A DNA stretch of 64,000 nt from a virus (lineage: Duplodnaviria > Caudoviricetes), in IMG/VR virus record IMGVR_UViG_3300043344_000002, positions 29,055 through 93,054 of that record; one strand, given 5' to 3'. The position numbers were made by a program, and so were the translations under genes. A model generated the notes under the pieces. It ran no database searches, was not told the origin of the DNA, and was given only the letters and a program-made list of their open reading frames with translations. Shown here piece by piece: positions 18,765 through 28,626 of the stretch (the first letter of the stretch is position 1; each line of letters starts with the position of its first letter).

Positions 18765-19451
18765 ATGAAGGTTGATCTGCTCGCGTTCACGGCCATCACG
18801 CCTACCGCACTCGAGGTTCTGGAGTATCAGCGAGGAACGGCAGCGGCCGACCACCTTGCGGAACTCGGGGGGCGCGAATGCTACCAATCTTTTCACCGGC
18901 CTAACTCGAAGACGGCCGAGAACAAAGACTACCTACGACACATCCTCGAGATCGATCACACGTCGATCATGGAACACAGCAGTGCGACGTTCCGTCTCAC
19001 GGAGGTGAGTCGAAACCTGCTTGTGGAGCTGACTCGGCACAGGCACCTCTCGTTCTCGGTCCAGTCGCAACGTTACGTTGATGAGTCATACGGGCAGATG
19101 ATCATCCCGCCCGACATCATGGGAAATGCGGCGCTCTCTGGACTTGTGGAGAAGATCGATCACTTCCACCAGGACGCGAAGATTCTTTACGATGAGATCG
19201 TCGACACGATGATGAAAGAGGGCTACAAGCGTAAGCAGGCGAGGCAGGCGGCCAGGGCCGTGCTCCCCGGTGGACACGAGACACGCATCATCGTCACGGG
19301 AAACATCAGGGCGTGGCGACACGTGATCCACATGCGCTTTAGCGAGCACGCTGACGTGGAGATTCGCGAGATGGCCGGAAAGATTCTTGCGCACTTGCGC
19401 GTCATCGCGCCGAACCAGATGCAGGACATCAGCAGCGATCCTCGTCAGTGA
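18765..19451 (+). CDS. thyX: flavin-dependent thymidylate synthase
   Basis: HTSIMEH, ELTRHRHLSFSVQSQRYV, ARAVLP, GNIRAWRH, ADVEIR. Confidence 0.96.
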   Translation: MKVDLLAFTAITPTALEVLEYQRGTAAADHLAELGGRECYQSFHRPNSKTAENKDYLRHILEIDHTSIMEHSSATFRLTEVSRNLLVELTRHRHLSFSVQSQRYVDESYGQMIIPPDIMGNAALSGLVEKIDHFHQDAKILYDEIVDTMMKEGYKRKQARQAARAVLPGGHETRIIVTGNIRAWRHVIHMRFSEHADVEIREMAGKILAHLRVIAPNQMQDISSDPRQ

Positions 19452-20061
19452 AAAGACCTGATAGGATCAGGCAATGAACGCTCCGTGGTGGATCTTTCCG
19501 TTGATTTTCGTAGTGTCATATCTTGTGTGCTACCTCATCATTCGATGGGTAGGCAAGCGACGATGAGGGGACAAGAAGATGCACTGGATCACTGCATTGG
19601 TCATCGGCATCGCAGTGGGCGTACTTGCTATGCTCGCGTACATATGGTGGGAGTTTAAGGACATGTGGCGATGAAGGCCATCACGTTTGACGTGAAATAC
19701 TGGCTCGGGCTTCAGGGTAATAAGCCGATGCGCGTCGCCACGGTTCACGGTGCGAGGTTCATCGAAACGGTGAAGGATTTGCTCTCGGATCCCACGATCC
19801 AGGGCGTTCAGATCACCATCGAGAAGGAGCACGGGAGGGAGTACATCTGATGACACGGAAAGAGTTCTTGCGGCAGGCCACGATCCTGTACATCGATGGG
19901 GTGACGGACATCCTGGGACTGATGGTCCTACGAAGGTTACGATATAGGCTCGCCTTTGGCACATGGTGTAAGCACCACTCGTGGACGCCGTGGGAGAAGT
20001 TTGGCGACCACTGGAAGAAGATTCGGCAGTGTGAAGGTTGCTGCATTAGGGAGACGAAGTA

Positions 20062-20421
20062 GTGGGCTGGTGTAGTGGAACACAGGTGTTTGATGCGGCG
20101 ATGGAGATCATCGAGAAGGTGGTGAAGGAGTTCTCCGGTCCAGCGGCTGGAGAGCAGAGCATCACCGATTACGTCGACGATCTCATCCGCGATGACGTGA
20201 GAAAGTTTGCGCAGTTCTTGCGTGATCAGGATTGGGATTGCACGAGTGAGTCCGAGTACTACGAGCGCTTCGCCCAAGAGATCGAGGGGTGGACGGACGA
20301 CGAGTACTACGACTACCTGAAGGAATCGCTTCGCGAGGAGTACAGCGGTGTGAAGTACGAGAAGTTCCTCGCGTTTAAGGCGAAGATCGGCAGGACTGGT
20401 GAGATCACACCTCACGCGTAA
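20062..20421 (+). CDS. hypothetical protein
   Basis: MGWCSGT...DWDC phage-type motif; RBS. Confidence 0.6.
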   Translation: MGWCSGTQVFDAAMEIIEKVVKEFSGPAAGEQSITDYVDDLIRDDVRKFAQFLRDQDWDCTSESEYYERFAQEIEGWTDDEYYDYLKESLREEYSGVKYEKFLAFKAKIGRTGEITPHA

Positions 20422-21121
20422 TGGTGCGACGGTCTCACTAGACCCTGCGGACTACATCCTACAGGGGCACAAGGAACGGACGATCCTGCTCATTGAGCGA
20501 GTGGTGGAGTACGCCGAGAACGCGGACGAGCCATTCACACGCACGCAGTGCTGGCGCGTGTGTTACGGGCACTACAGCGCGGTGAGTCAGACGCTACTCT
20601 CGCTGATCAGGGCAGGACTCGTCGTCATCATTGACCCGAAGCGCAGCCCGCAGTACCTCATTAGCGTGGATAAGTTGAAGGAGTATGATGGAAGAAGTAG
20701 ACGAAGTAGATGAAGTGGAAGAAGTAGATACGCCTAAGCGCTCGCGCACGCTGACGTGGATGCTGAGCGTACTGGTAACGTTCCTCGCGGTCGATGTCGT
20801 CTTGATGATCGTGTACATCACGAAGGAAGTGGGTGCACGGTGATGTGGCCCTACTGGCTCGCCGGATACGTGGTTCTCGCTATCATTCTCGACCGTGTTG
20901 GCACGTACGCATTCTTCCGGTTGCTTGCTAAGAGGCGCCGAAAGTGTGGAGATGATGCCACGTTAACGTTGAGTGTACGCGCGGTGCACCTTCACGCGCG
21001 CACACGCGATGGACAAACCATCGACATGACGTCGGGTTGGTGGTAGTGCGTCGGCAAACGCAATGATGAGACTTATGATACAGTTAGTCTTGCACTACCC
21101 GTAGGAACCTAGGAGAGCACG

Positions 21122-21361
21122 ATGCAGCAGTTGTGGTCATGGGGTCTCATGGTTGTCGGAGTCACCGGCTTATTTCTCGCCGGGCGAGGCGGTTGGCTTG
21201 GGTGGGCGATCGGCATCTTCGCCCAGCTCCTCTGGTTCGCGTACGCGCTGGTGACGAAGCAGTACGGCTTCATCGTCTCGGCGATCGCGTACGGCGCGGT
21301 GAACGTGGTCAACCTTCGTAAAGCGATCGTGAAGCAACGCGAGGCTGACACGCGGGAGTAG
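21122..21361 (+). CDS. small PnuC-like membrane protein
   Basis: Trp-rich TM helices, GW..G...Q.LW..YA....QYGF. Confidence 0.65.
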   Translation: MQQLWSWGLMVVGVTGLFLAGRGGWLGWAIGIFAQLLWFAYALVTKQYGFIVSAIAYGAVNVVNLRKAIVKQREADTRE

Positions 21362-21367
21362 TCGACA

Positions 21368-21408
21368 GGAGAGTGGGAGGGACGAAAGTTCCTCCCACTT
21401 TCTCATTT
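21368..21408 (+). terminator. Rho-independent terminator
   Basis: GAGTGGGAGGGAC-GAAA-GTTCCTCCCACTT then TCTCATTT. Confidence 0.75.
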
Positions 21409-21472
21409 ACATTAATATGAACGCGTGATACTGTAGTCTTACAGGCAAAACGGCGAGACACAGGAGAGAACG

Positions 21473-21712
21473 ATGACTCACGTTAACTACGTCGCGCAGA
21501 TCGTCCAGACCGCGCAGGTTCCCGGCACTCAGGTGATTATCACCATCAGCGAGATGATCAACGGTCACTGGAACGTCATGACCACTCGCCAAGCTGGCAT
21601 TTTCGAGAACGCACGCAACATCGACTTTCGCTCGAACGAGGAGGACAATGCACGCGCGTGCGCGAATAGCCTGTGGATGACGGCGGTCGCGAAGCGCGAC
21701 GCACTTGTCTAA
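21473..21712 (+). CDS. early protein, paralog of 22319-22618
   Basis: Own promoter and RBS; shared VPGT..I.I.....G.W.V. Confidence 0.75.
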   Translation: MTHVNYVAQIVQTAQVPGTQVIITISEMINGHWNVMTTRQAGIFENARNIDFRSNEEDNARACANSLWMTAVAKRDALV

Positions 21713-21932
21713 CTTACAGGTGATGCTGGCAGCCACCTGGGTTCGAGGCCCGGGGTCACACTTTTTCGCACAGCTTAGGAGAGCATCATGATGAACGTCA
21801 TTGGCCTGATCATCCTCTTCACGGTTCTCGCACTCTCGCTCTGGCTCTTCCTCTTCTCACGCGGTGATGGTCTCGCGGGCCGGATTATCGACTGGTTCGG
21901 CTCGCTATTCGGCTGCTGACACGCACGCATCG

Positions 21933-21963
21933 TGGGAGATTCCTCTTGGGATCTCCCACTTTG
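21933..21963 (+). terminator. Rho-independent terminator
   Basis: GTGGGAGATTCC/GGGATCTCCCAC hairpin + TTTGT. Confidence 0.7.
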
Positions 21964-22034
21964 TCGTTTGCATAAGTCTTGGCACCTAGTAAAATTGTCT
22001 TACAAGCACAGCAACGCACAACGCGGGAGACGAA

Positions 22035-22235
22035 ATGATCACGAGCAGCATCGCCCGTCACGACATCACGCTCATGGGTTCGCTCATCGGCGAGGGCTTC
22101 GGCATCGAGAACGCCGAGGACCGAGCGCGTGATCTCTCACTGAGCGCCTTCACGGGTCGCCTCATCAGGGTGATGGACGAGTCCGGGCTTGACGTGATCG
22201 CCGAGTTCCGCAACGGCGAGAAGCTCGCTGCATAA
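22035..22235 (+). CDS. small early protein
   Basis: Own promoter, GGGAG RBS. Confidence 0.7.
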   Translation: MITSSIARHDITLMGSLIGEGFGIENAEDRARDLSLSAFTGRLIRVMDESGLDVIAEFRNGEKLAA

Positions 22236-22318
22236 ATCACGCGTGGCAGTTTACATAGTCACACGCGTGTGATACGATTAGTTTACGCACGACAACTACA
22301 TAGCCTTAGGAGCCTCAC

Positions 22319-22618
22319 ATGAAGGAGAACACTTCCATCACGGTCCCCGGAACGACCGTGAAGATTGAGATCATGAAGACGATGGAGGGCGGGTGGAAGG
22401 TCACTCGCACCGCGCAGCTTGGCATCGCACGGCGGGTTGATGTCACGTTTCCCGCTGACTCACGAGAAGCAGCGAAGGTGTTTGCCGACATCTGCTGGAC
22501 CAACGCGGTGGACGCTCGTAACGAACAGATCGCACGCGCGGACGCGGACGCGTACGCTGGCTTTCACCGCGCGCAGGCGCGCAACTCGTTTATCATCGAA
22601 GTACGCTTCGATGATTAA
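22319..22618 (+). CDS. early protein, paralog of 21473-21712
   Basis: Own promoter and RBS. Confidence 0.75.
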   Translation: MKENTSITVPGTTVKIEIMKTMEGGWKVTRTAQLGIARRVDVTFPADSREAAKVFADICWTNAVDARNEQIARADADAYAGFHRAQARNSFIIEVRFDD

Positions 22619-22697
22619 TCATGTTGCTTGTTTACATGAGTGTGGTGATGTGATAGATTTGTCTTAATAGGAAAGCATTACTCTGAAGGAGAGCATC

Positions 22698-23102
22698 ATG
22701 AGTATCGTGGACATCCCACTCATGGACGTTAGCTGGAACCGTGGAGTGTACGTGGACGGCGCTCCCTCCACGTGGGGCACCACGCCGGTTGTTACGATGG
22801 CTCACCAGCTGCTCGCTGACCTCCGGGGTGCGATTCGCCACGGTGTGATTTCGGCGGATGTGGACATCACGATCGCGACGCACGTCGTCGACGGCATGAA
22901 CATGGTGATCGTGCGGATCAAGTCGGACAACGAGTTGCTCGGAATGCACCAGTTCCGCAAGATGCTCGGCGACTTTGTGCGTGAGCTGATGACGAGGCGC
23001 GCGACGCAGCATCACTTTACGGGAATTCTCAACTACTACGGTCTCGTCGCCCTCGTGAAGAGTGATGACACCGTCGTTGAGAGCTTTAACCACTTCATGT
23101 GA
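22698..23102 (+). CDS. early protein
   Basis: Own promoter and RBS. Confidence 0.75.
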   Translation: MSIVDIPLMDVSWNRGVYVDGAPSTWGTTPVVTMAHQLLADLRGAIRHGVISADVDITIATHVVDGMNMVIVRIKSDNELLGMHQFRKMLGDFVRELMTRRATQHHFTGILNYYGLVALVKSDDTVVESFNHFM

Positions 23103-23176
23103 TTGCTTGTTTACACGATCACATAAGCGTGATAGATTTATCTTAGCACGCCGACTACCTCAAAATCTAGGAGAGC

Positions 23177-23410
23177 ATGATGCTGACGATCGCCGAGACC
23201 CTCGAACTCGCCGCCGGTGAATCTTACGTCCGCATCACGTTCAAGAATGGCCGAGTTGCGATCGGCTCGGTTCGGCTCTGCAACTACCGTTTCGTCGAGG
23301 GTAAGGGTTGGGGCTACCAGGGCGGGTGGAGTGACATCGTGCTGACGCGTAAGTCGGGTAGCTCCGCGCGGATGCCGCTCACGGTGATGGCCAGCGTTGA
23401 GCTCGTTTGA
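23177..23410 (+). CDS. small early protein
   Basis: Own promoter and RBS. Confidence 0.75.
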   Translation: MMLTIAETLELAAGESYVRITFKNGRVAIGSVRLCNYRFVEGKGWGYQGGWSDIVLTRKSGSSARMPLTVMASVELV

Positions 23411-23451
23411 TTTCGTTCATCATCGAAGTACGCTTTGACTAGGAGAGCACC

Positions 23452-23661
23452 ATGATTTACATCGTCACGTTCGCCGACGAGCACGGCGAGAGCAAGACGT
23501 TGACCGCCAACACCGACATCCCGTTCGACGAGCACGAGGGTCGCATCGATGAGATCATCGTCGCGGCACAGTCGACTGACCCGAGCGTCGACTGGAACTC
23601 TGCGTCTCTTTCGTGGGAACCGATCATCATCGAACGCGACGGCATCGTCATCTGGGAGTGA
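23452..23661 (+). CDS. small acidic early protein
   Basis: AGGAGAGCACCATG; Y.V.F acidic family. Confidence 0.75.
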   Translation: MIYIVTFADEHGESKTLTANTDIPFDEHEGRIDEIIVAAQSTDPSVDWNSASLSWEPIIIERDGIVIWE

Positions 23662-23755
23662 CGAGAACTTCTCCACATTGCTTGTTTACACGAGCACAGG
23701 ATCCTGCTAGATTTATCATATCACCACGAACCACCCCGGATCTTAGGAGAACACG

Positions 23756-24022
23756 ATGACGATCGCCACCACGACCCGCTTCACCCCCAAGAAGACCGGC
23801 GCTGGCGACTTCATCTGGGTGGGCATCGACAGCAAGTCCTACGCGCTGATCGGGATGGGCACCACGAGCCGGGTCCAGGTCGACAGCCGCCGCGAGATGA
23901 AGGTCTCGAAGAGCGCGTCCGGTAAGGGCTGGGACTTGATCATCGACGGCGAGGTGCTCGACACGTACCGCCTGAAGGTCGACGCCCAGTGGGACGGCAT
24001 CGAGTACATCACCGCGCCCTGA
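23756..24022 (+). CDS. early protein
   Basis: Own promoter and RBS. Confidence 0.75.
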   Translation: MTIATTTRFTPKKTGAGDFIWVGIDSKSYALIGMGTTSRVQVDSRREMKVSKSASGKGWDLIIDGEVLDTYRLKVDAQWDGIEYITAP

Positions 24023-24072
24023 TCTTCACCACATCGTTTCACATCACGCGCAATCGATCTTAGGAGAGCACG

Positions 24073-24333
24073 ATGAGCAAGAGCACGTACATCGTTCAGG
24101 TCTACGTCAACAAGCGTTACATCACCGTCGCGTCGGGCATGCACAGCATCTCCACCGCGTTCGACAAGTTCACCGCGTTCAACCGTACGGGTGACCTCAT
24201 GAGCGTCTCCACCGGACGTTCCATCGACTCGTTCGCGGACCGCCCGACGCGCCTCGTCTCCATCCCGTCCGACACCGGTAAGACGATCGTCCTACGCAAG
24301 GGCCGCACCGCGGCGGAGAAGATCGCCGCGTAG
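24073..24333 (+). CDS. early protein
   Basis: AGGAGAGCACGATG. Confidence 0.75.
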   Translation: MSKSTYIVQVYVNKRYITVASGMHSISTAFDKFTAFNRTGDLMSVSTGRSIDSFADRPTRLVSIPSDTGKTIVLRKGRTAAEKIAA

Positions 24334-24625
24334 CTCGCTTGGCAGCCCGTGCGTGCGCTCGCAGATCGGCGCACGGGCACTCATATTGCTTCGACTGTTA
24401 GGACGAATCATCATGGGTATCGCAGAAGACAAAGCGGCAGAGGCCAAGAAGGCCGAAGATGCGGAACGCGCTGAGACGGAGGCTAGGATCAAGAAGTTAC
24501 GTGATGAAGCAGAGCAGAAGCTTGACCAGGACTGGAACAAAGACTGACGAAATATTTACACTTCGTGCGTGATGTGATAGATTTATCTTAACACCACGAA
24601 GGCCCCAGGAATCAAGGAGAGCACG

Positions 24626-24871
24626 ATGTACGAGTACAAGGTCACGTTCAAGCGTGGGGCTGCATCCGACACGTTCATTGTCGACTCGCACATCAACCCG
24701 GCGTCCCTCATCCTCGACGTCCACGCCGGCTACTCGTATGGTGACTACGAGTACGTGCAGGAGTGCTTGACCGTGCTTCAGAGTCTTGCACGACGTCGCT
24801 ATGACTTTAGCCCACGGCAGGCGTTCATGCACGTCACGCTGCCCGATGGCACGGTCGTCGAGCCGACCTGA
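24626..24871 (+). CDS. early protein
   Basis: Own promoter and RBS. Confidence 0.75.
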   Translation: MYEYKVTFKRGAASDTFIVDSHINPASLILDVHAGYSYGDYEYVQECLTVLQSLARRRYDFSPRQAFMHVTLPDGTVVEPT

Positions 24872-24881
24872 TCATCACCCA

Positions 24882-24941
24882 GGACGAAACCCACGGCCGT
24901 GAGGTAGCGGGTCCGCCGGTGAAGCCGGTGCTGATGAGTCC
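24882..24941 (+). ncRNA. type II hammerhead ribozyme HHR1
   Basis: GGAC-GAAACCC..GGGTC^-CGCCGG(TGAAG)CCGGTG-CTGATGA-GTCC; predicted cut after 24913. Confidence 0.9.
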
Positions 24942-24958
24942 GATATGAGGAGAGTGCG

Positions 24959-25075
24959 ATGCTCCACAAGAACGTGATGAAGATGTCTGGCGGCAAGGAA
25001 GACGCGGGCACGGCCGACGCGCGCAAGGAGCTGGAGAAGGAGATCGAGAAGCTCGAGAAGCAGCAGGGCCAGTAG
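24959..25075 (+). CDS. 38-aa charged peptide flanked by HHR1 and HHR2
   Basis: GAGGAG RBS; MLHKNVMKMSGG...EKQQGQ. Confidence 0.6.
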   Translation: MLHKNVMKMSGGKEDAGTADARKELEKEIEKLEKQQGQ

Positions 25076-25136
25076 GACGAAACGCGCACGCTGGGAAGCG
25101 TCCGCGTCCACGGGTAGGGCCCGTGCTGACGAGTCC
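25075..25136 (+). ncRNA. type II hammerhead ribozyme HHR2
   Basis: GGAC-GAAACGCG..(GGGA)..CGCGTC^-CACGGG(TAGGG)CCCGTG-CTGACGA-GTCC; cut after 25108. Confidence 0.92.
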
Positions 25137-25148
25137 AGAGGGAGAAGC

Positions 25149-25334
25149 ATGAAAGAGGCAATTCGTCACCTGCTCGCGGCAGCGATGGAGCTGTCGCCGA
25201 CGGGAACCGAGCAGGCCGCATTCAGCGCGATCGCCAATCAGGATCGCCGCCCGGATGACGTCATCGTGATGGATCTCGCAAGCGGGATTCTCACGGGCGT
25301 CTCGCACGGCGCCTGGCCGAAGGTGGGCGACTGA
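25149..25334 (+). CDS. helical repeat-family protein (GxxxG[AN]W), copy 1
   Basis: Similar to the next two ORFs. Confidence 0.7.
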   Translation: MKEAIRHLLAAAMELSPTGTEQAAFSAIANQDRRPDDVIVMDLASGILTGVSHGAWPKVGD

Positions 25335-25756
25335 TGAATGAAGCAGTACGACTACTACTCGACGCCGCGATGTATGTCGCACCAACGAGTGTCGAGCAGG
25401 CGGGGTTCAGCGATCTCGTCAACCGAATGCGGGGTGGCGGCTGCTCGCAGGACTCCATCGTCATCGAGTTGACGAGTGCCATCTTCGCGGGAGTCTCGCG
25501 CGGTGCTTGGCCCACGAGAGACGATAAGTCGATGCCGAAGGAGTCGGCACTCGAGGTGCTACACATGGCGGCGACGCTGGCCCCCGACGAGACCGCCCGT
25601 GCGGGTTTCACCGAGATCATGCGCAAGATGGAGCAGGACAAGAAGTCCTACGCTGACATCTCGCTCATGCTCATCACGACGGTGAGTGACGGCCTGCGCA
25701 CAGGCAACTGGCCGAGGGTGGAGGCGAAGGGCAATGGTCGACCAACCCGCGCCTAA
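25334..25756 (+). CDS. helical repeat-family protein with two internal copies
   Basis: GVSRGAWP and GLRTGNWP repeats. Confidence 0.75.
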   Translation: MNEAVRLLLDAAMYVAPTSVEQAGFSDLVNRMRGGGCSQDSIVIELTSAIFAGVSRGAWPTRDDKSMPKESALEVLHMAATLAPDETARAGFTEIMRKMEQDKKSYADISLMLITTVSDGLRTGNWPRVEAKGNGRPTRA

Positions 25757-25967
25757 GGAAGCGCCGCGTGTCGCAACGAACCTACTCCTGCGCGCAGCGC
25801 TGCTACTCGCACCCGACCAGGCATCGCGCGACTACCTCACGGGTATTGTCACGGCCGGTAGGAAGCTCGCCAAGAAGGTGTCTGAGGCCGATGAGGAGAG
25901 CATCATTCGGTCTCTCGTCGTTGCACTGGACCAGGGAGTTACGCATGGAGCGTGGCAGCGAGACTGA
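25734..25967 (+). CDS. helical repeat-family protein, copy 4
   Basis: AALLLAPD...GVTHGAWQ. Confidence 0.65.
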   Translation: MVDQPAPKEAPRVATNLLLRAALLLAPDQASRDYLTGIVTAGRKLAKKVSEADEESIIRSLVVALDQGVTHGAWQRD

Positions 25968-26120
25968 GCTTAGCTTGACGTTGGCGACTGAACTTAGGGA
26001 AGTCGCCGGACACATCAAAGCTAACAGCGTTGCGTGGGGTCGCGTTACGTCGCAAGAAGCTGAGCACATCGACTGGGAAGCTGCACTCTTGCGTTCTTGG
26101 CACAAGAGAGGCATAGCATA

Positions 26121-26177
26121 GGACGAAACCCCGTCGGGAGACGGTGGTCCGTGGTTCTTGACCACGCTGACGAGTCC
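26121..26177 (+). ncRNA. type II hammerhead ribozyme HHR3
   Basis: GGAC-GAAACC-CCGTC(GGGA)GACGG-TGGTC^-CGTGGT(TCTTG)ACCACG-CTGACGA-GTCC; cut after 26149. Confidence 0.92.
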
Positions 26178-26232
26178 AGTGAGGGACACACACACATGAC
26201 TATCATACATTATCACTTATGTCGGGAGATGC

Positions 26233-26572
26233 GATGAGTGAACGCACAGTGATGCAACTTGCCGCGCTGCTCACATCCGCGGCAAACCGAGGAAGTCACA
26301 ACTTTCTCTTGCCTCAAGAACTCTCCGCACTGCGTGAGGCTGCCGACCTGCTCACGCGAATGGCCGAGCTGACGGCGAGCGCTAACCGTGCTCGTCTCAC
26401 GTCGGCACGGATGTCGAGTCGCGACCAGTTGCTCCTCTGGACCGGCGACGACAGCATGCGACAGAACGTCGCTGCGTACGCCGAGCAGACCGTCTGTAGT
26501 CTTCACTCGGACGTCGAGCGGGGGTCCGAACAGTTCTACTCCTTGGTGTTGGCGGAGGCACTTAGAAGGTGA
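26233..26572 (+). CDS. hypothetical protein
   Basis: GGGAG RBS. Confidence 0.6.
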
Positions 26573-26637
26573 CTGGCGTCGTTGTACACGATCACGCTAG
26601 CCTGATACTGTAGTCTTACCAACACAGCAGCATGTGA

Positions 26638-26883
26638 ATGAAGGAGAGCACCATACACGCACTCACCCTGGACGTCTGCTTCGGGTCGGACGAAGAGGTC
26701 ACCGACGTGGTCGACGCGCTGGTGCACGAGACCGACGTGACGGCCGACTTCACCGGCGTTCACGTGGCCGGTGGCTGGCCTGAGATCAAGTTCTCCGGCA
26801 CGCAGGAGGACCTGATCGTCGTGGCCAACCGCTACGCCGCTGACTCGGGCGACACGAACGAGATCATCTCTCGCATCGTGTGA
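26638..26883 (+). CDS. small acidic early protein (RBS-positioned start codon is ATA at 26653)
   Basis: Own promoter; GGWPEIKFSG motif. Confidence 0.65.
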   Translation: MKESTIHALTLDVCFGSDEEVTDVVDALVHETDVTADFTGVHVAGGWPEIKFSGTQEDLIVVANRYAADSGDTNEIISRIV

Positions 26884-26961
26884 TCGTGGTTTACACCGGC
26901 GTTAAGACCTGTTAGATTAGTCTTAGCGTCGGTGCATGGCGCAGGACACAAGGAGAGTAAG

Positions 26962-27138
26962 ATGAACCAGCGCAAGTACGTGGTGTACGTCCACACAGGC
27001 AAGTTCACCGAGGCCACCGAGCTGTTCCTCTTCGCCGATAGCGAGCAAGACGCGATCGATGAGGTCAGCCGCATGGTGCAGATGCTTGGCGGCGACATGT
27101 CGAACGCAATCAAGGTGACTGCCGCGCTCGACGACTAG
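26962..27138 (+). CDS. small early protein
   Basis: Own promoter and RBS; stop overlaps HHR4. Confidence 0.7.
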   Translation: MNQRKYVVYVHTGKFTEATELFLFADSEQDAIDEVSRMVQMLGGDMSNAIKVTAALDD

Positions 27139-27199
27139 GACGAAACTGCATCATCGGGAGATGACGTGGTCCGTGCGTAATGCGCACGCTGATGAGTCC
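27138..27199 (+). ncRNA. type II hammerhead ribozyme HHR4
   Basis: GGAC-GAAACTGC-ATCATC(GGGA)GATGA-CGTGGTC^-CGTGCG(TAATG)CGCACG-CTGATGA-GTCC; cut after 27171. Confidence 0.9.
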
Positions 27200-27212
27200 G
27201 ATAGGAGAGCAC

Positions 27213-27647
27213 GTGTATTACGTCTTTGAACGCAATGACGGGTACGTCGGTTGCATTAGCTCGAGCGAGAAGCTCGCGCATGGGCAGGCGCCCGAGCGAC
27301 TTCGCGGATGGACACCGTCGGGTTGTGAGCGTGTTTCATTCACTATCCTACTTCAGACTGACGACTGGGATGAGGCAAGCACGTTCATCGACGAGAAGCG
27401 TGGTGTCGGTGATCTTGCGGCCGCGCTTTGCTCAACTCGTGTGCCGCCGGCTGACCCCATTGAGGTGAGGCGTCGCACGATCGACGAGATCGCTACACGA
27501 CTCGCCGCGGTCGAGCGTGAGCTGATTCGACTCGATGCCGAGATCTCGGAGTGCCACGGGTACGCGAGTCCGGCGCAGCTGATGATTGAGCTGGCCGGTG
27601 AGTGCGTGAAGAAGGCCATGCGAGCGAATGGAAAGGCGAAGTCATGA
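27213..27647 (+). CDS. hypothetical protein downstream of HHR4
   Basis: AGGAGAGCAC-GTG start. Confidence 0.7.
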   Translation: MYYVFERNDGYVGCISSSEKLAHGQAPERLRGWTPSGCERVSFTILLQTDDWDEASTFIDEKRGVGDLAAALCSTRVPPADPIEVRRRTIDEIATRLAAVERELIRLDAEISECHGYASPAQLMIELAGECVKKAMRANGKAKS

Positions 27648-27934
27648 GTGAATTTGACAGGCTGATCGGACTGCACGCCGAGAGGTTGCAGCGAGTTTAC
27701 GACGAGCGAACCGCGGGTGAATTCACGTTCACGAGCATTCTTGCTGAGTTCATGGTTGCCTACGAGAGTGCGAAGCTCGTCGAGACGATTGAGCGCATCA
27801 AGGCGACCGAGAAGGAACATCCGATCAAGCACACTGGTGTTAACTTCATCGTCCAGATGCAGAACACGGACACAGCTGCGCTTGACGCACGTGCTAAGAC
27901 TCTGACGGATCTCGGCATTGAGGCGCACCAGTGA
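27644..27934 (+). CDS. hypothetical protein
   Basis: ATGA coupling. Confidence 0.6.
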   Translation: MSEFDRLIGLHAERLQRVYDERTAGEFTFTSILAEFMVAYESAKLVETIERIKATEKEHPIKHTGVNFIVQMQNTDTAALDARAKTLTDLGIEAHQ

Positions 27935-28080
27935 CGAGAGCAGTTTTCGCTCTCGCTACGCTCCTCGCGTTGACCGCCTGCGATCGCCCGCAGCAGACCC
28001 CAGAGCACCCACCGACGGTCCGGCTTGACACGAACTGTCGACCTACTGGTTGCATTGTTCACAGATTCTAGAGGAGTATC

Positions 28081-28308
28081 ATGTTCACGTTTCGTTATGG
28101 TGTCGCGTTCCGCAAGGACACCGACCCGGCGTTCGAGACGCACGTGTCGATCGATCACCCGGCAAATCCGGCCGAGATCAACGATCACGCCGACGTGATC
28201 GCTGATTACGCACGCGCGTACGTCGCCGCGAACTACCCGGAAGTTGAGCTTGACGGGTACTCGCCATATTGCATCATGCACAACAAGACGACGATCAAGA
28301 AGTTCTGA
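28081..28308 (+). CDS. small acidic early protein (Y.x.F family)
   Basis: GAGGAG RBS; paralog pattern. Confidence 0.7.
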   Translation: MFTFRYGVAFRKDTDPAFETHVSIDHPANPAEINDHADVIADYARAYVAANYPEVELDGYSPYCIMHNKTTIKKF

Positions 28309-28320
28309 GGGAATAGCGCG

Positions 28321-28545
28321 ATGAACATTCCGCCGTACACGCTCACGTTCGAGAACGACTACGACAGCATCTTCACTCTGGTGATGAAGGTTGATTTACC
28401 GAAGATGCCGTGGGAGATCGACGATAAGTACGATGCGCTCACTGAGCACGCGTACGATCGCGCCGCTGATACGTCCGTGGTACTGGGTGACTACACGCTT
28501 AGGTCAATCTCCTATGGTGGGATGGAGATCGCCTCGTTTGATTAG
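28321..28545 (+). CDS. small acidic early protein (Y.x.F family)
   Basis: Paralog pattern. Confidence 0.7.
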   Translation: MNIPPYTLTFENDYDSIFTLVMKVDLPKMPWEIDDKYDALTEHAYDRAADTSVVLGDYTLRSISYGGMEIASFD

Positions 28546-28626
28546 CATGATCAAGTAGTTTACATTGATCACGTTATCCTAGTACTGTAATCCTAGCACG
28601 CTGAACCACCCGGAACCTAGGAGAGC

